DNA of 63,920 bases, filler included, from Olpidium bornovanus S191 (Eukaryota > Fungi > Olpidiomycota), in assembly GCA_017911155.1 (NCBI GenBank). It is 32 parts of 32 records of this genome, joined end to end, with 100 filler letters (N's around TTAATTAATTAA, not from the genome) between each part and the next. Parts side by side here need not be neighbours in the genome. Positions count along the whole stretch, not along the records: positions 24,554 to 25,959 come from JAEFCI010011319.1; positions 26,060 to 27,657 come from JAEFCI010001772.1; positions 27,758 to 29,457 come from JAEFCI010010836.1; positions 29,558 to 31,120 come from JAEFCI010007390.1; positions 31,221 to 32,467 come from JAEFCI010005500.1; positions 32,568 to 33,822 come from JAEFCI010000904.1; positions 33,923 to 36,187 come from JAEFCI010005118.1; 25 more parts are not named here. One strand, given 5' to 3'. The translations under genes and the position numbers were made by a program. The notes below the pieces were generated by a model. The model was not told where the DNA came from. It saw nothing but the letters and a program-made list of their open reading frames with translations, and did not search any database. Below, piece by piece: positions 25,061 through 36,185 of this stretch. Positions within the stretch are counted from its first letter, which is position 1; every line of letters begins with the position of its first letter.

Positions 25061-25343
25061 GGACCCAGAACAAACGATTGCAGCAGCGGTGTCTCCGGAG
25101 CAGCTTCGTGTCAATGTCCCTCGCTGTTGTTATTTTCTCTCATCACCGGACGGCACCTGTGAACCACGCAACCCTCCCCCCAACCGCCAATCCCCAACCC
25201 CCAACCCCCAACCCCCAGCCCACGACCCCCTTCTCCCATCCGCCGCCCCTCATCGGCCGCACCCTGCGCAGCTAGGGGGAAGGGCGACAGGTTTTTTTTT
25301 TGGCCTCCCGTCCCCCACAACGACGGGCACACGTCGCCCCCCC

Positions 25344-25872
25344 ATGGCCGCCACCGCCACTCCGCCGAGACTGAGGAAGATCGCCGTGCTGGGGAACAGG
25401 GCGGTGGGTAAGGCAGAACTTTTTCTCCCGTGCCGGCGACCGAACTTGGGAGGGGGAGAACGGGGTATAGGGAGCCGGGGGGCGGTTCCGGCTCCCGCTG
25501 AGCCCGCCGGAGGTTCCGGAAAACGAGCACGATAATCGTCCGCCGGCGGGGAGAGAGGCGGAGCGAGGGTGGGAAGGGGGGGGGGGGGGGGAAGGTTAGC
25601 CCCAGGTCGCCGGCAGGCAGGGCGGGCGGATGCCCCCCGTGTCCGCCTCGGGGATCTCCCCACCCCACCACACTCCCCCTGCATTTTCAACGTGCCGGAT
25701 CTCCGAGCTGAAACCCTCTCCTTTTCAAATAGGCAAGTCTTCCCTGGCGATCCAGTTTGTCGAAGGCCACTTCGTCGACTCGTACTACCCCACCATCGAG
25801 AATACCCTGTCCAAGAACATTAAGTACAAGGGCAACGAGTACTGCATCGAGATTATCGACACCGCCGGTCAG
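25344..25872 (+). CDS. RHEB: Small GTPase Rheb, exons 1-2, 3'-partial
   Basis: RKIAVLGNRAV|GKSSLAIQFVEGHFVDSYYPTIENT...IEIIDTAGQ. Has the Rheb-specific Arg in the P-loop and the FVDSYYPTIENT effector loop. Confidence 0.95.
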
Positions 25873-26059
25873 GTGTGGTTGTGTGTGGGCGTGTTCGCGC
25901 GGGGTGTAGGAAGACCGGGGGAAACGACTGTAAACGGGGTGAAGGGGGGGGGGGGGGGGNNNNNNNNNNNNNNNNNNNNNNNNNNNNNNNNNNNNNNNNN
26001 NNNTTAATTAATTAANNNNNNNNNNNNNNNNNNNNNNNNNNNNNNNNNNNNNNNNNNNN

Positions 26060-27471
26060 CCAGCTGAACCAGCTTGCGGCGACGTTCGACCCGTTCGAGA
26101 CGGGCTTTGTCAACTGGAAGGCTTTCGTCGTGACGGCGGCCCGGGTGCTCCCGGTATCGCTACGGGACCTTCACGCCATGCGTGAGACTTTCCAGCGGCT
26201 GCCGTCGTGGAACGGCCGGACGGTTTCAAAAGCGGACTACATGACAGTGCGCTCGTGGTATGAGGACCCGTGGAACGCCGACGACGGCGAGGCGCAACAG
26301 CGAGTGCAGCCACAGCATGAGCAGCAGTTCGAACCGCAGCAGCCGGCCGCCGTGGGCGGCATGGCCGGCGTTCTGACTGGCGACGGTGAGGAGCCGATTC
26401 GACCGCCCAAGTTCAATAGAAGATCGAAAATGAAGCTTGCGCTCTTTCGTAAGTTGCTGCGCGCCAACGGGCGCCGTTTGGTGAGGGCCACGTGTTAGCC
26501 GGGGTTTTTTGTTTTTTTTTTTCATTTCTTGTGGTTAAACGCTGTTCCTAACAAAACGCGACTTTCCGACAAAGACATGTTTGCGCTCCCGCCAAAATCA
26601 GGTCAAGAAGCTGGCGGACCAATGGCACCCGCGGACGGTTCGCATCCCCGGTTGGACCAGCAGCTGCAGCAGCTGCTGCAGGCCGACGACGAAAGGCCGA
26701 CTACGAGCAGATCCCGGCCGGAAGGCGAGGAATCTAGCGAGACTGCAGCGACACCGCCGCCGCCTGGTCCATCGACTGCCGGCTCGCCGTCAGGTCCCGG
26801 AGCCCCGATTCTCGGCGAGCACGATGCGCCAAACGACGACAACTGGCTGTTTGACGTGCAGGAATTCCTTCTCTACATCTGCCCAGACGAGCATACTCGG
26901 AGTGGCGTCCAGAAGGCTTTCGTTGCCGGTGCGCCTTTTGGCGAACGTTACAAGAAGGATTCCGACGGCATGGAGAGAGACGGGGAGGAAGAGGACTACT
27001 GCCTGACACCGGCGATGCTGTATCGCGTCTTCCACCGCGGCCTTCGCCTCGTACCCGAGACCCACCGGCTGGGCGGCAGGGGACACCCGAAGGACCCGTA
27101 CCCAATGGTGAGTAGTTGGGGTCTCGCTGTACAGGTTTTAACGCATTATGCGGGTTGGAATGAACTGAAACAGGGAAATTCTGAGTTACCTGTGCGTTTT
27201 TAATTTTTATTTTTAATTTTTTTTTTTTTTTTTTTGGGGGGGGAGTACAAAGGATCTCATGCAGCGCATCGTCGACGAGGGCGGCGAGCGGGGTGTCATC
27301 AACTTCGAGCAATTCGCACAGACAACCGACGCCCTTGCCGGCCTCCTCGCCTGTCCGCTCTACCAGCTCTGCGTACGTTCACTCGTTAGCCACCACCGTC
27401 TGCCTTGTTCGCGAGCAGACATCCGAGCTGAGATTTTCCTGACTGTTGTTCCTCGCAGGAGATCTCGTTAG
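26060..27471 (+). CDS. SPEF2: SPEF2/KPL2/CPC1-like central-pair protein, C-terminal part
   Basis: FVNWKAFVV, VSKADYMTVRSWY, PPKFNRRSKMKLALF, FDVQEFLLYIC...GVQKAF, LTPAMLYRVFHRG, LLACPLYQL. These blocks are collinear with the SPEF2 C-terminal region. The end coordinate is approximate. Confidence 0.8.
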
Positions 27472-27757
27472 GGAAGGCCACCGCCGCACAGCCAAGTCCT
27501 GCGTCGATTGGGGGAACTGAAGCAATCGTCGCGTGACATGTTTACCGGTGGACTGTAACCTCCGCACAGCCAGATCTATTTATTTAGTGGTCGTCAATTC
27601 TGAAATAGGAACGGCGGAAACCTTTGCTTATCACTGCCGAGCGGACTGTCGTCCGCCNNNNNNNNNNNNNNNNNNNNNNNNNNNNNNNNNNNNNNNNNNN
27701 NTTAATTAATTAANNNNNNNNNNNNNNNNNNNNNNNNNNNNNNNNNNNNNNNNNNNN

Positions 27758-27860
27758 AAAAAAAAACGAAAAAAAACAAAAAAAAACAAAAAAAAAACGG
27801 AAAAAAAACGAAAAAAACGGAAAAAACGAAAAAAACGGAAAAAACGAAAAAAACGGAAAA
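27758..27860. repeat. Simple repeat (AAAAAACG/AAAAAACGG)n
   Basis: Seen directly at the contig start. Confidence 0.9.
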
Positions 27861-29312
27861 ATAATTGATAGAGAGAGGGGGGGGAGACTTTTCCCCCGTT
27901 AATTAATTTTTTTTGCTGCTTTATTAATTGCCACTGAAGGATATCTGAAGTTTCTTCCGTCATTAGGCGGCGGGAGCGAGAAAGGGGGTCGCTGTGTTTC
28001 GCCCTGAACTCCGCGTCCGTTTCCGGGGGAGAGGAAGGGGCCCTTCGGATCGACGAACGGCGCCGGCAGCAGTTGCCCCTGGGCGGCCTGTCCGGAGAAA
28101 GGGGGTCGCTGTGTTTCGCCCTGAACTCCGCGTCCGTTTCCGGGGGAGAGGAAGGCGCCCTTCGGATCGAGGAACGGCGCCGGCAGCAGTTGCCCCTGGG
28201 CGGCCTGTCCGTGAGCGTGCGCATGGGGGGTATGCCGCGGCGGTTGAAGAGGATCCACATGATGATCTCGGCGTTTCGGCCGCCCGCGTCGTCCGGCACG
28301 TCCGGATGAGGGGGCGACCAGATGGGGGCCAGGCGGGGCCGGAGCGGGACGCGACGGGCCGGAAACTCGTCGCCCCCGGCGGCTTCGGACTCTTCGTCGC
28401 CGCCGGCGACCCAGGCCAATTGGAAAGATTACGCGTCGTCCGTGACGATGCTCTCGATCAGGTCAAAGAGCCCTTTTAGGCAAGCTTCTATGACAGAGTC
28501 CCAATTGATGTCCAGCTGGCAGCCGGCCCCCTCCTCCTCGGCTTCGTCCTCGACCGCCGCGTCCTCCGCGGCTTCGTCCTCCGCGACAAAGCAGTCTCGA
28601 ATCAACTGCAGCGCCGAACGGCCGCCGGCGCTATCGGAGGGTCCGGCGCCGGCGCGATCGGAGGGGCCGGCGCCGCCGCGCTCGGTCAACAGATGTTTGA
28701 GGTGTCTGCGCTTCCAGAAAGAAGGCGATCGTTGGCAGGACGGAAACATCTTGTCCGTGGCGCGGGCCCACCGACCCTTCGGTCGCGCCGCCCCCGGCTC
28801 ATGGCACGCCGGGCATAAATCGCCGCTGTGTTTGACGGCCGACTCGAGGCATTTCCTGTGCATGGCGTGGCAGCACCTAGTGACCGTGCTGGTTATTTTT
28901 TTTGTTTTTTTCAAACCCCACCGACAGAAAAAAAAAAAAAAGATAAATTAAAAAAGGGGGGGAAGGGGAGGTCAGCAAGTGTGTAGACAGAAAGGGACGC
29001 GCCCCCCCCCCTCCTTTCTTCCCGCGTTACGAGCGGAACATGTTTACAATGTCTTAACGTCCAGGGGGTTCAGGCAGACCGGACAGGTCAGCGAGTCGAG
29101 GTCGAAGCGGGGCTCGCCGGCGTCGGCGGCGGCGGCGGCTCCGGGGAACTTTTCGCCGGCGGCGGCGAGGGCTCCGGCGGAGCGCTCGGCCTCACGGGCG
29201 GCGTCGGTGCGCGGCGCGGGAGGGCGGGGCGGGCCGCCGGCGGGCGCGGCGGGCGCGGCGGTCGCGGCGAACGCGCAGAGGGCGAGGAGGAGGAAGCAAG
29301 GGAGCCGCTTCT
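27758..29312 (-). CDS. Signal-peptide-bearing RING-H2 finger protein; start codon not assembled, in-frame TAA at 28429-28431
   Basis: KRLPCFLLLALCAFAATAAP... LTCPVCLNPW (intron) CCHAMHRKCLESAVKHSGDLCPAC, then an acidic helical region, then after the TAA an ORF with a 39-aa repeat. Confidence 0.65.
27978..28211. repeat. Coding tandem repeat, 2 x 117 bp (39 aa)
   Basis: GAGAAAGGGGGTCGCTGTGTTTCGCC... at 27978 and 28095. The minus strand encodes DRPPRGNCCRRRSSIRRAPSSPPETDAEFRAKHSDPLSP twice. Confidence 0.95.
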
Positions 29313-29566
29313 TTTTTTTTTTTTTTTTTTTTTCTCGGGCGAATCGGCGGGAGACGTGGACTGAACGGAGAGCGAGGCCGCAGAGGAAGAGTGGGGGGGG
29401 GGGGGGGGGGGCGGTTTGGGGGGGGGGAAGGGGGGGGGGGGAAGAGGGGGGGGAGGGNNNNNNNNNNNNNNNNNNNNNNNNNNNNNNNNNNNNNNNNNNN
29501 NTTAATTAATTAANNNNNNNNNNNNNNNNNNNNNNNNNNNNNNNNNNNNNNNNNNNNCCCCCATAT

Positions 29567-29602
<36 letters not shown>

Positions 29603-29925
29603 CCCCCCGCCGTTCTCCTTCCCCCGCAAACAAGCCACGCAGATCTCTCCGCCGAATCCCCGCCGTGCCGCAGCGAACTCGACCATTCTCCTCCTCACCG
29701 ACGAAAAGCGCTCGATGCTTTTGAAGTCGGTTTAATTGATCCAAGATAAAAAAAAACATTGCATTGCACATTGGATTATATAGTTCGAGTGAGGTTTTAA
29801 AATTTAAATCTGATTGATACAAGTTAAAAATAAACAATGTGGGTTGGCTTGTGCAGCTAAGTACATTTTGTGTTTCGGGGAAGGACGATGGCGTGGAGGG
29901 GCAGTGGATTCGAAGGAGAGGAGGT

Positions 29926-29954
<29 letters not shown>

Positions 29955-29961
<7 letters not shown>

Positions 29962-30760
29962 TCGGACCTCCGCTCCGAAGAGCCTCGGTTGCCTACGTAC
30001 CCGGTTGCCCGGGATCAGAGGGTTCGTAGTTCCATTGAATTAATAAAAGTATAAAAAACTACAGTAAGGGGAGGGTCGAAATGCCCCTACATAAATACAT
30101 TTTGATTGGTGAAGTGGGCGGAGGGAAAGGTGAGGGGATGTGGGGAGGGGATGTGGTGAGGGGATGTGGTGAGGGGATGTGGTGAAGGGGTGCCGGGGAG
30201 TGCAGGGTAATCAAGGGAGAGGTGATGAGGGAGATGGAGGAGGGCGCGGACGGAGGAGAGGTGTGAGAGAGGGAGGAGGAGAGGGGGAGGGGGACCGAAC
30301 AAACCTTTCAAAGTCCTAGGTGCGGGGCGGGGGAAGGAAGCGCTCACACCGGGAAACTCTTCCGGTGGTAGGGGGAGCACCCCGGCGGCTACACCTGTAA
30401 CCCGGTGCTCCCGGCCCGAAGGCCGCCGGCGGTTCCAGCCGCCATTCGCCCTTGCCCCGAGGTGCCACTCCGCCCGGGACCGCGGCCGAAGGCCTGTACG
30501 GAAGGGCGAAAAGGACGAAAAGGACCAAGATCAGCTCAATTGAATTAACAAAAAAGAAAATAATAGAAAATAGCGCGAGACGAAAACAAAAGAACACACC
30601 TTAGTCGCCCCGCGACGATGTTTAGGCCCTGCCGGCTACAACCGGTCTTAGGGACCTGTCGCGGGGCGAGAGCGGTTTTGGCACTCCCGGGCGACCTCCT
30701 GGGGATTGCGGGCGGCCGGCGCACCCGCCGGGCAGGGAACACACCGGGCCAGCTTCTCGA
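29955..30760 (-). ncRNA. Candidate structured RNA modules (unclassified)
   Basis: Many nested GC-rich stems. Minus-strand tetraloops GCUC-UUCG-GAGC (29972-29983), CCCGG-GCAA-CCGGG (30000-30013) and CGGCC-UUCG-GGCCG (30412-30425); 9-bp and 12-bp long stems at 30373/30404 and 30605/30658. Confidence 0.4.
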
Positions 30761-31071
30761 CAAATGACGACGAGGGAGAAAATGCCGCACGAGTGGCGTG
30801 CCGGGGGGTTTCTTTTCTTTTTTCTTTGTTGTATGCTCTGCCCTTATGTGGACGGGCGTAGCCCCCGTAGCGCGGGGAAAAAGGGAGGCGAGGTGGAGGG
30901 GAGGGGAAAGGGGGGTTGCTGACAAGAGAGAGTGCGGGTCTTGGCGAAGTCTTGAGGGGAACGCGTAAGGCGCGCGTTTTAAAAGAACACGTTATAAAGC
31001 GCCGCGTTGTGTGGGGGAGGTCTGAGGAAGGAGGGGATTTTTCGGCGGGGGGCGGCCGCCTTTTATACCCG

Positions 31072-31120
<49 letters not shown>

Positions 31121-31631
31121 NNNNNNNNNNNNNNNNNNNNNNNNNNNNNNNNNNNNNNNNNNNNTTAATTAATTAANNNNNNNNNNNNNNNNNNNNNNNN
31201 NNNNNNNNNNNNNNNNNNNNGGGTGTGGGGGTTTTTTTTTTTTTTTTTTTTTTTTTCCCAACTTGTTTTCTCGCCCCCCTTTAAAAGAGGAACCCCAATC
31301 GCCCCTTTTTTTCGGGCTCTCCTTTTTTTTTTTTTTTTTTTTTGTTTGTTTTACGGCTCAGGCGGTATAGACGTAGTTTGAGCCCCCTTGACCGCGTTTA
31401 CGATAAAAGAAAAAAAAATGCCCCTTGGACGTTTGCATAAAGCAAAGAGAGCGCTTTGTTTTTACCCGAAACCCCCCAACCACCCCTCACATCCCCCAAC
31501 ACGCTACAAAAGACGGGGCAGCACAAGAGAATGGTGGTGGGACAGGGCTAGGGTTAGATCGTTAATGTTCCTTTTCGCCGTTAATGTTCCCTCTCCTCCG
31601 CTTCACGGAGGAGAAAAGCGGATATACTCAC

Positions 31632-31784
31632 GTTTTCCGCTTTGGCCACAACCTCAGGAACCCTGAGGATCTGGTCTGGCGTCAACTTTGCCAAGCATTC
31701 CGAATACCGGCAGACCAGATTGCCGATCACGGAGAACGACCACTTTGTGGTTTTCGCGTGTCCGGACCCGTCCGCATAAATTCC
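31632..31784 (-). CDS. Isolated 153-nt phase-0 exon of an unidentified gene
   Basis: AAG|GGA...AAC|GTGAGT boundaries and 51 open codons: GIYADGSGHAKTTKWSFSVIGNLVCRYSECLAKLTPDQILRVPEVVAKAEN. Confidence 0.45.
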
Positions 31785-31786
31785 CT

Positions 31787-32130
31787 TTAACGTTCGGGAA
31801 GTAGCGGTTTTTCACGAGACCTGTCCTGTTCTTGATCGGACTTCTTCTTCAGGAGATATGTTGCAAACCATCCGGTTTGGGCATCTATGTACGTGACGAA
31901 GCACCTTGTCCCTCCTGGGGTTGCCGCTTGCACTGGCCCATTTACGTCACTTTCAATCCTCTCTATTGGACTGAGGTTCTCTGTGTCCTCCCGTCCTCTT
32001 TTGAACAGATGTCGAGTGAGTTTTCCTTCAACACAGGCTACGCAGGGATCGTTCATGGGCTCCTTGCCCATGAATGCATGCATGCATGTCAATGCATGTC
32101 GAAGGCATCGACATGCGTGATCAATACTCG
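31787..32130 (-). mobile_element. Ty1/copia integrase fragment (Zn finger plus start of rve core), degenerate
   Basis: CVACVEGKLTR...IERIESDVNGPVQAATPGGTRCFVTYIDAQTGWFATYLLKKKSD, matching the copia CxxCxxGK...HSDVCGP...YFVTFIDD pattern. Confidence 0.92.
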
Positions 32131-32567
32131 TTGTCCACTGCGCAACTGGTAGCCGGTCTGCGCTGCAAGTTCTGATTTCTGATTTGTCAGTCGAGCAAGT
32201 CTCTCCCCGAGTTTCTGTTCATCAGCCGCAAGCTTTTCCCTTTTCTCATCTCCAATGCGTTTCCTTCTGCTTCCTCAACCGCTTCGCCTCCTCCGCGTTC
32301 CTGACAGCACAGCAGAACATTCTGGTCCACCCGCTGGAGAGATTTGGCATGTTCGGCCACCCCTTTATCCGCCTTGCGCTTGCGCCATTCAGATGTACGG
32401 GATGTGCCTGGCATAGGACGCGATTAGTGAATGTACGCTGCAAAAAAGAATCAAAAGAGAAATGAAANNNNNNNNNNNNNNNNNNNNNNNNNNNNNNNNN
32501 NNNNNNNNNNNTTAATTAATTAANNNNNNNNNNNNNNNNNNNNNNNNNNNNNNNNNNNNNNNNNNNN

Positions 32568-33458
32568 CATGTATTTTTTGCGGGGCGGCCTGCCTTGGCA
32601 GGGGCTTAAGGCCGCGACAAACAAGCAGAAATATGAGAAGATCGGCGAGAAAAAACAACAGACCCCCATCCGGGAGCTGTGCGAGGGGTTTCCGGAGGAG
32701 TTTGCCGCGTACCTCACCTACGTGCGCAAGCTCGCCTTCGAGGAACAGCCCGACTATGACTACCTGCGCAGCCTGTTCACCAACGTCCTCCGTCGCATCG
32801 GGGCTGACCCGGAAGACGGGGTGTACGACTGGATGCTTTTGGATTCGTTAAAGGTAAGCTTGCGCTTGTGCTGGCTCACTCGCGGTTTGTTGCACCCTGT
32901 GCTGGCAGCTCCAGTGGGGGAAATCGCCGAGGCGAGATGTTTTGACTTTTCGTCACACTGCTTTTCCGTCGTGTGTGTACGCGTTTGCGGATATCTCGGT
33001 TGTTTCTCACGCGTCGGATGGGAAACCGCGATCAGTCGCGGCACCCCACCGCATTAACAGAAACGGCGCGGAGCCAGAATCTTGGGCCGTCGGCGGGCGC
33101 GACGGGTTCTCGCGTCGTGAACCCCTCGCCTTTAAATGCCCAAGTTGGCGGTAACCTGCGCGGCAGCGGGAACGACATGGACAACAATGGCACGGCGGCG
33201 GCTGTGTCGACGTCGCGACCGTCGTTTGGCGGCAATTTCCAGCACGGCAACCGCTCGCAGGGGTCGATGGGTGCATACGGCGTGCAGGCGGGCCAGCACG
33301 GGCAGGCGTCAACCCAACACCACGCGCTGCACTCGGTGAACGAGTTGCAGAGAGCCGACGGGCCCGCAGAGCAGGCGCCGGTCAGGAGACGCAAAGGGTT
33401 CTGGTCAAGATTGGAAAACGTGATCGCTTGCCGAGCGTGCTGCTTCGGGGATCCGTAG
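32568..33458 (+). CDS. YCK2: Casein kinase I, Yck/Cki (membrane-anchored) type, C-terminal part
   Basis: [29 protein letters not shown]...PEEF...[17 protein letters not shown]...YDW, an intron, then a tail ending CRACCFGDP* (palmitoylation-type Cys cluster). Confidence 0.93.
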
Positions 33459-35410
33459 ACGTCGCCCTTTCCTCTTTCCCCCTTCTTCTTTCGCCTTTCT
33501 TTCTGCTACTTCTACCCCGACACTTGTTCCATTTTGCCTGGATCGCTCGTTCGCTGACGACCCTTTCGTTTCTCTCGATGCACGTACGCAAAGCGCAACG
33601 ATTTGATTTCCCTCGCCCAATTTCTCCTTCCCACTGCCGCGTTCGGAGATGAGGCTCCCCCCCCCCTCCTTCCCCCACACTCCCGCCCGCGCTTTTTTTT
33701 TATAGGCCCAACTGCTATATCATTGTCTCCCGTTCCTCCCCCACACTGTCTGTGGGGTTTTCCCCCTCGCGGCGGCAGCTGTTCAGTCATTTCGCCGTGT
33801 TTTTCTCTCGCGGCCCCCCCTCNNNNNNNNNNNNNNNNNNNNNNNNNNNNNNNNNNNNNNNNNNNNTTAATTAATTAANNNNNNNNNNNNNNNNNNNNNN
33901 NNNNNNNNNNNNNNNNNNNNNNCAGGCCAAACGAAGGCCGACGGCGGCGCGCGCGGGAAGGTTTCGTTGGCGTTCGGCGAGTGCGGTGGGAGGGGGCCTC
34001 TCCAAGCAGGCTGCCGGGCGAGTGAAGTTTCGATGGAAGCATGATTCAACAATCAGAAGCTCCACGCAGACGTGAAATTTTGGGAATCTACAGAGAAAAC
34101 CGCCCCCGGTCGAAGCGGTATGGTCTCTCTCTCTCTCAAAAAAAAAAAACATGAAGGCGCAACAAAAGAGAGTTCGGGCAGCGCCGGCGCGCCAGCGCCG
34201 CCCTACATCTCTGTTGTAGGTTTTTGGATTTCTTGAAATTTCTTCTCTCGCGTGTTCCTCTGTACTGTTGTTGTCTCATGCTGTCATGCTGTCGCTTGTG
34301 TGTGTCAGCATGTGCTGTGGGCATACCCGGAACTCGCGCGATCGTGGGTCGTGATCGGAACCGCCGGCCCTCGTCGCGCCGTGGGGCGGGCGGCTGTTTC
34401 GCCACCTGTGCACGGGCAACGGCCGGAATCGCCGACAGATCTTCTGACGCGTCGTGTAGCCCCCCCCCCCGGTTCACAGCAGCGTAGGCAAGGAGCCGTC
34501 GTTCCTGCTTGGCGCGTTGCGCGAAAAGCTGCTCGTGTTTCCTCTCGGAGCTGTTGCGGGGAGTCGGCCGCGGCAGCCCGAACAGCGGCGTTCTTGGCAG
34601 ACCTGCTCCCTGTGGGCTGGTGTGGAAGGATTTCCGCTTCCGCGGGCGGACGGTTGCGGGAAAGTTTTATCGAGAGAAGCGACGGAGCACGGGTGGTCGA
34701 CGGGGGCCTAGGCCTCTGCAGCGGGTGTTACTTCTGCTTATTACATCGCCTTGGGCTTCGCGTACGCGCGATCCGTTCGTCTCTGCCTTTGTCTCCTGGG
34801 CTTGTGTCGCTACAGGTGAGGGAGGGGTGGACAGGAGGAAGAAGCACGCAGGGGAAGAGGTGGTTGCGGACGCCGTACCGGCGCGGCGGCAGACCGAGGC
34901 GTGCCGGGTTTGACGGACGAACTGGACCTTGGACCGACGTTTTTTGAATCGCCGCATAAGTAAGTTTTTCCCGCAGCCGCTCCGGCCGTTTACGGCGTTT
35001 TTTCTTTCTCAACCAGCGCTATGCAAGGCCGGCCGGGCCGGCTGGCGGGAATTTGAGCCGAGTGACAACACGCGCGCACGCGGGCGCGCGCCCACAACCC
35101 CCCTCCCCCCCACACGCGCACGCGCGTGCGCGCTCCGGCGAACGCACCGTTAATGAACGCAGCAGCTTTTGTGATCCCATCTCGCCAGGCGAGGGCCACG
35201 GAGACGAATGTTTGCGTCTGAAGGGCAGACATTAATGAGGGGGCGGGAAAGAGTGCCTACAAAAACGTGGGTGCATGGGGATAAGTTGGACTTCGCGTTC
35301 TTCGTGCGCGGAAGGACTTTCGTCGGATTTCTTGGGAGCGGCTATTCCGATGCACGTCGTGGCCGATCTTCCCTTGGTCTCGCCGCACTCGGGCCGTTCG
35401 GCTGCCCGCG

Positions 35411-35450
<40 letters not shown>

Positions 35451-35510
35451 CCCCCCCCCCCCCCCCCTCCAAACCCCCCTCCTGCAAGTCTCGTTCCAAC
35501 GGACAACACC

Positions 35511-36185
35511 CTAGGCCCTCGTGCGTCCGTCGGTGTGGCGGCATGCGGTCGCGATCACAGGGGTGTTCGCCGGCAAGGTTCCGGAAACGGCCGCGAAATA
35601 GCCGCCGGACACCAGCACCGGCCCGGGCGCCGCGTCTGCCACAACATTAGCCGCCATCGCAACCGGGCCTACCGCCGCTGGCAGGTAGTCTACGTGGACC
35701 GGCTGGACCGTACTACCGCCGAAGCCGCCGGCAAGCTGGGCAGGTGCCTGGAAAATGACGGTGGGCTGCTGCGTGGGCTGTGGCCGAAAGACCTGGAACT
35801 GCTGCACGCCGGGTTCCCCGGGAGGAGCGGAAATGACTGCGGCGCCGGATAGGTATTGCGGGTGGCCAGACGCCCTCGCTGCCTGCTGCACGCCGGCAGG
35901 CTGGTAGGCGACCGGGCCGACTCCCGCACTGCCGGGGTTCCCGACGACCGTGACGAGACCCGGCGACGTTTGGTAAGCCGGCACTAGCAAAAACTGTTCT
36001 TGTTGCTGCTGGACGACTTGTGCAAGGGGCGTAATTCCGGGAAACGCCGTGGTGAAGGGGTTCGCCAGAGCCTGGGGCAAAGCTCCCACACCCGCGACCT
36101 GGTTTCCGCCCGCGGGGAGGCCGACGATTGCCGTCTGCGCTTGCCGCCCGACGGGTACCGTTGTCGGCGCCGCGGGCTCCGCCAT
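35511..36185 (-). CDS. Q/P/A/V-rich low-complexity protein fragment
   Basis: 224-aa ORF with biased but protein-like composition (QVVQQQQEQFLLVPAYQ, PQPTQQP). No domain recognised. Confidence 0.55.
   Translation of the reverse strand: MAEPAAPTTVPVGRQAQTAIVGLPAGGNQVAGVGALPQALANPFTTAFPGITPLAQVVQQQQEQFLLVPAYQTSPGLVTVVGNPGSAGVGPVAYQPAGVQQAARASGHPQYLSGAAVISAPPGEPGVQQFQVFRPQPTQQPTVIFQAPAQLAGGFGGSTVQPVHVDYLPAAVGPVAMAANVVADAAPGPVLVSGGYFAAVSGTLPANTPVIATACRHTDGRTRA

Noticed and set aside
24055-28431. TAA reassigned as a sense codon (in-frame TAA upstream of the TTC29 MPVEI start and in the RING gene)
   Set aside because: BSD2 and Argonaute end normally at TAA, and the long conserved exons of GLN4, IDO and AGO contain no in-frame TAA.
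30340-30520. HDV-like ribozyme or SRP RNA (GGCGAAUGG on the minus strand; CCUGUAACCC on the plus strand)
   Set aside because: P1/P1.1/L3 elements could not be placed and no SRP helix-8 motif was found; kept only as unclassified structure.
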